DNA of 64,000 nt from Bispira polyomma (Eukaryota), in the NCBI GenBank assembly GCA_965649765.1, contig OZ287752.1, positions 19,344,001 to 19,408,000 of the forward strand. The letters are read 5' to 3'. The notes beneath the pieces were generated by a model. It was given only the letters and a program-made list of their open reading frames with translations. It was not told the DNA's origin and did not search any database. Made by a program: the position numbers and the translations under genes. Shown piece by piece: positions 63,683 to 64,000 of the stretch (position 1 is its first letter; each line of letters begins with the position of its first letter).

Positions 63683-64000
63683 GTGATGTTTGCCCGGGAG
63701 GCTTGAGTTGAACATCATGTCTCCACAATTGTCTGCAGTGATAAAATATACCTGCAACTAGGAGAGCCAGGTTTTATATGCGAAGGAATGCAAAGAAAAC
63801 CATAAAAAAAGCTTCCCTGCACAGGACATGGTTTAAAAAATACTGCCACGCATATCAACAGTTGCTGAAGACTGAATAAACCTAATTGGTACACACTCAT
63901 TACTTAGGTCACCGATGACCTGGGTTCAATACTATAGACCTTTGGCACCTTTAGACCAGGTATAGGCATTTAAAATGGCGGTCTGAATTATATCACCAGT
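63683..64000 (-). mobile_element. YR retrotransposon G fragment (tyrosine recombinase), continues off the right edge
   Basis: Minus-strand frame LCREAFFMVFFAFLRI*NLA...RQLWRHDVQLKPPG. Confidence 0.7.

Noticed and set aside
331-63900. Most remaining 60-150 aa ORFs in the track (e.g. 6600-7067, 15737-16218, 19224-19430, 42768-43079, 57403-57852, 58961-59164)
   Set aside because: Antisense shadows of TE or exon ORFs, repeat translations or AT-rich chance ORFs with no recognisable motifs
1-64000. Hammerhead ribozymes in the repeats
   Set aside because: The CTGATGA hits I inspected lacked a properly placed GAAA and stems; an Infernal scan would be decisive

Overview
AT-rich eukaryotic (animal, probably invertebrate; the repeat types resemble those of molluscs) genomic window. 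A minus-strand, multi-exon immunoglobulin-superfamily gene (nephrin/echinoid-like: signal peptide, 7 Ig domains, FN3, FN3-like domain; the remaining exons lie off the left edge) runs from 44406 down past 2514. Every exon is phase 1-1. The gene has two separate leader-exon + V-set-exon cassettes (L1-V1 at 44406-43574, L2-V2 at 32129-30897). Each has its own ATG and signal peptide, and each splices in frame to one shared set of 8 constant exons. This is a variable/constant layout analogous to clustered protocadherins or sDscam. Roughly 45% of the window is a nest of decayed tyrosine-recombinase retrotransposons (Ngaro-like: gag, RT/RNase H, YR, no methyltransferase, split direct repeats), about 9 copies or fragments from several families. 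These show a conserved in-frame splice donor in gag and acceptor before the YR ORF, predicting a spliced Gag-YR fusion, and all three intronic sense-oriented copies have lost the acceptor. The rest is a tRNA-derived SINE, LINE 3' fragments, a TIR MITE, Helentron/pearl-like elements carrying ~145-bp tandem arrays, and a local ~1.2-kb duplication. All calls were made by eye, and repeat boundaries are approximate.
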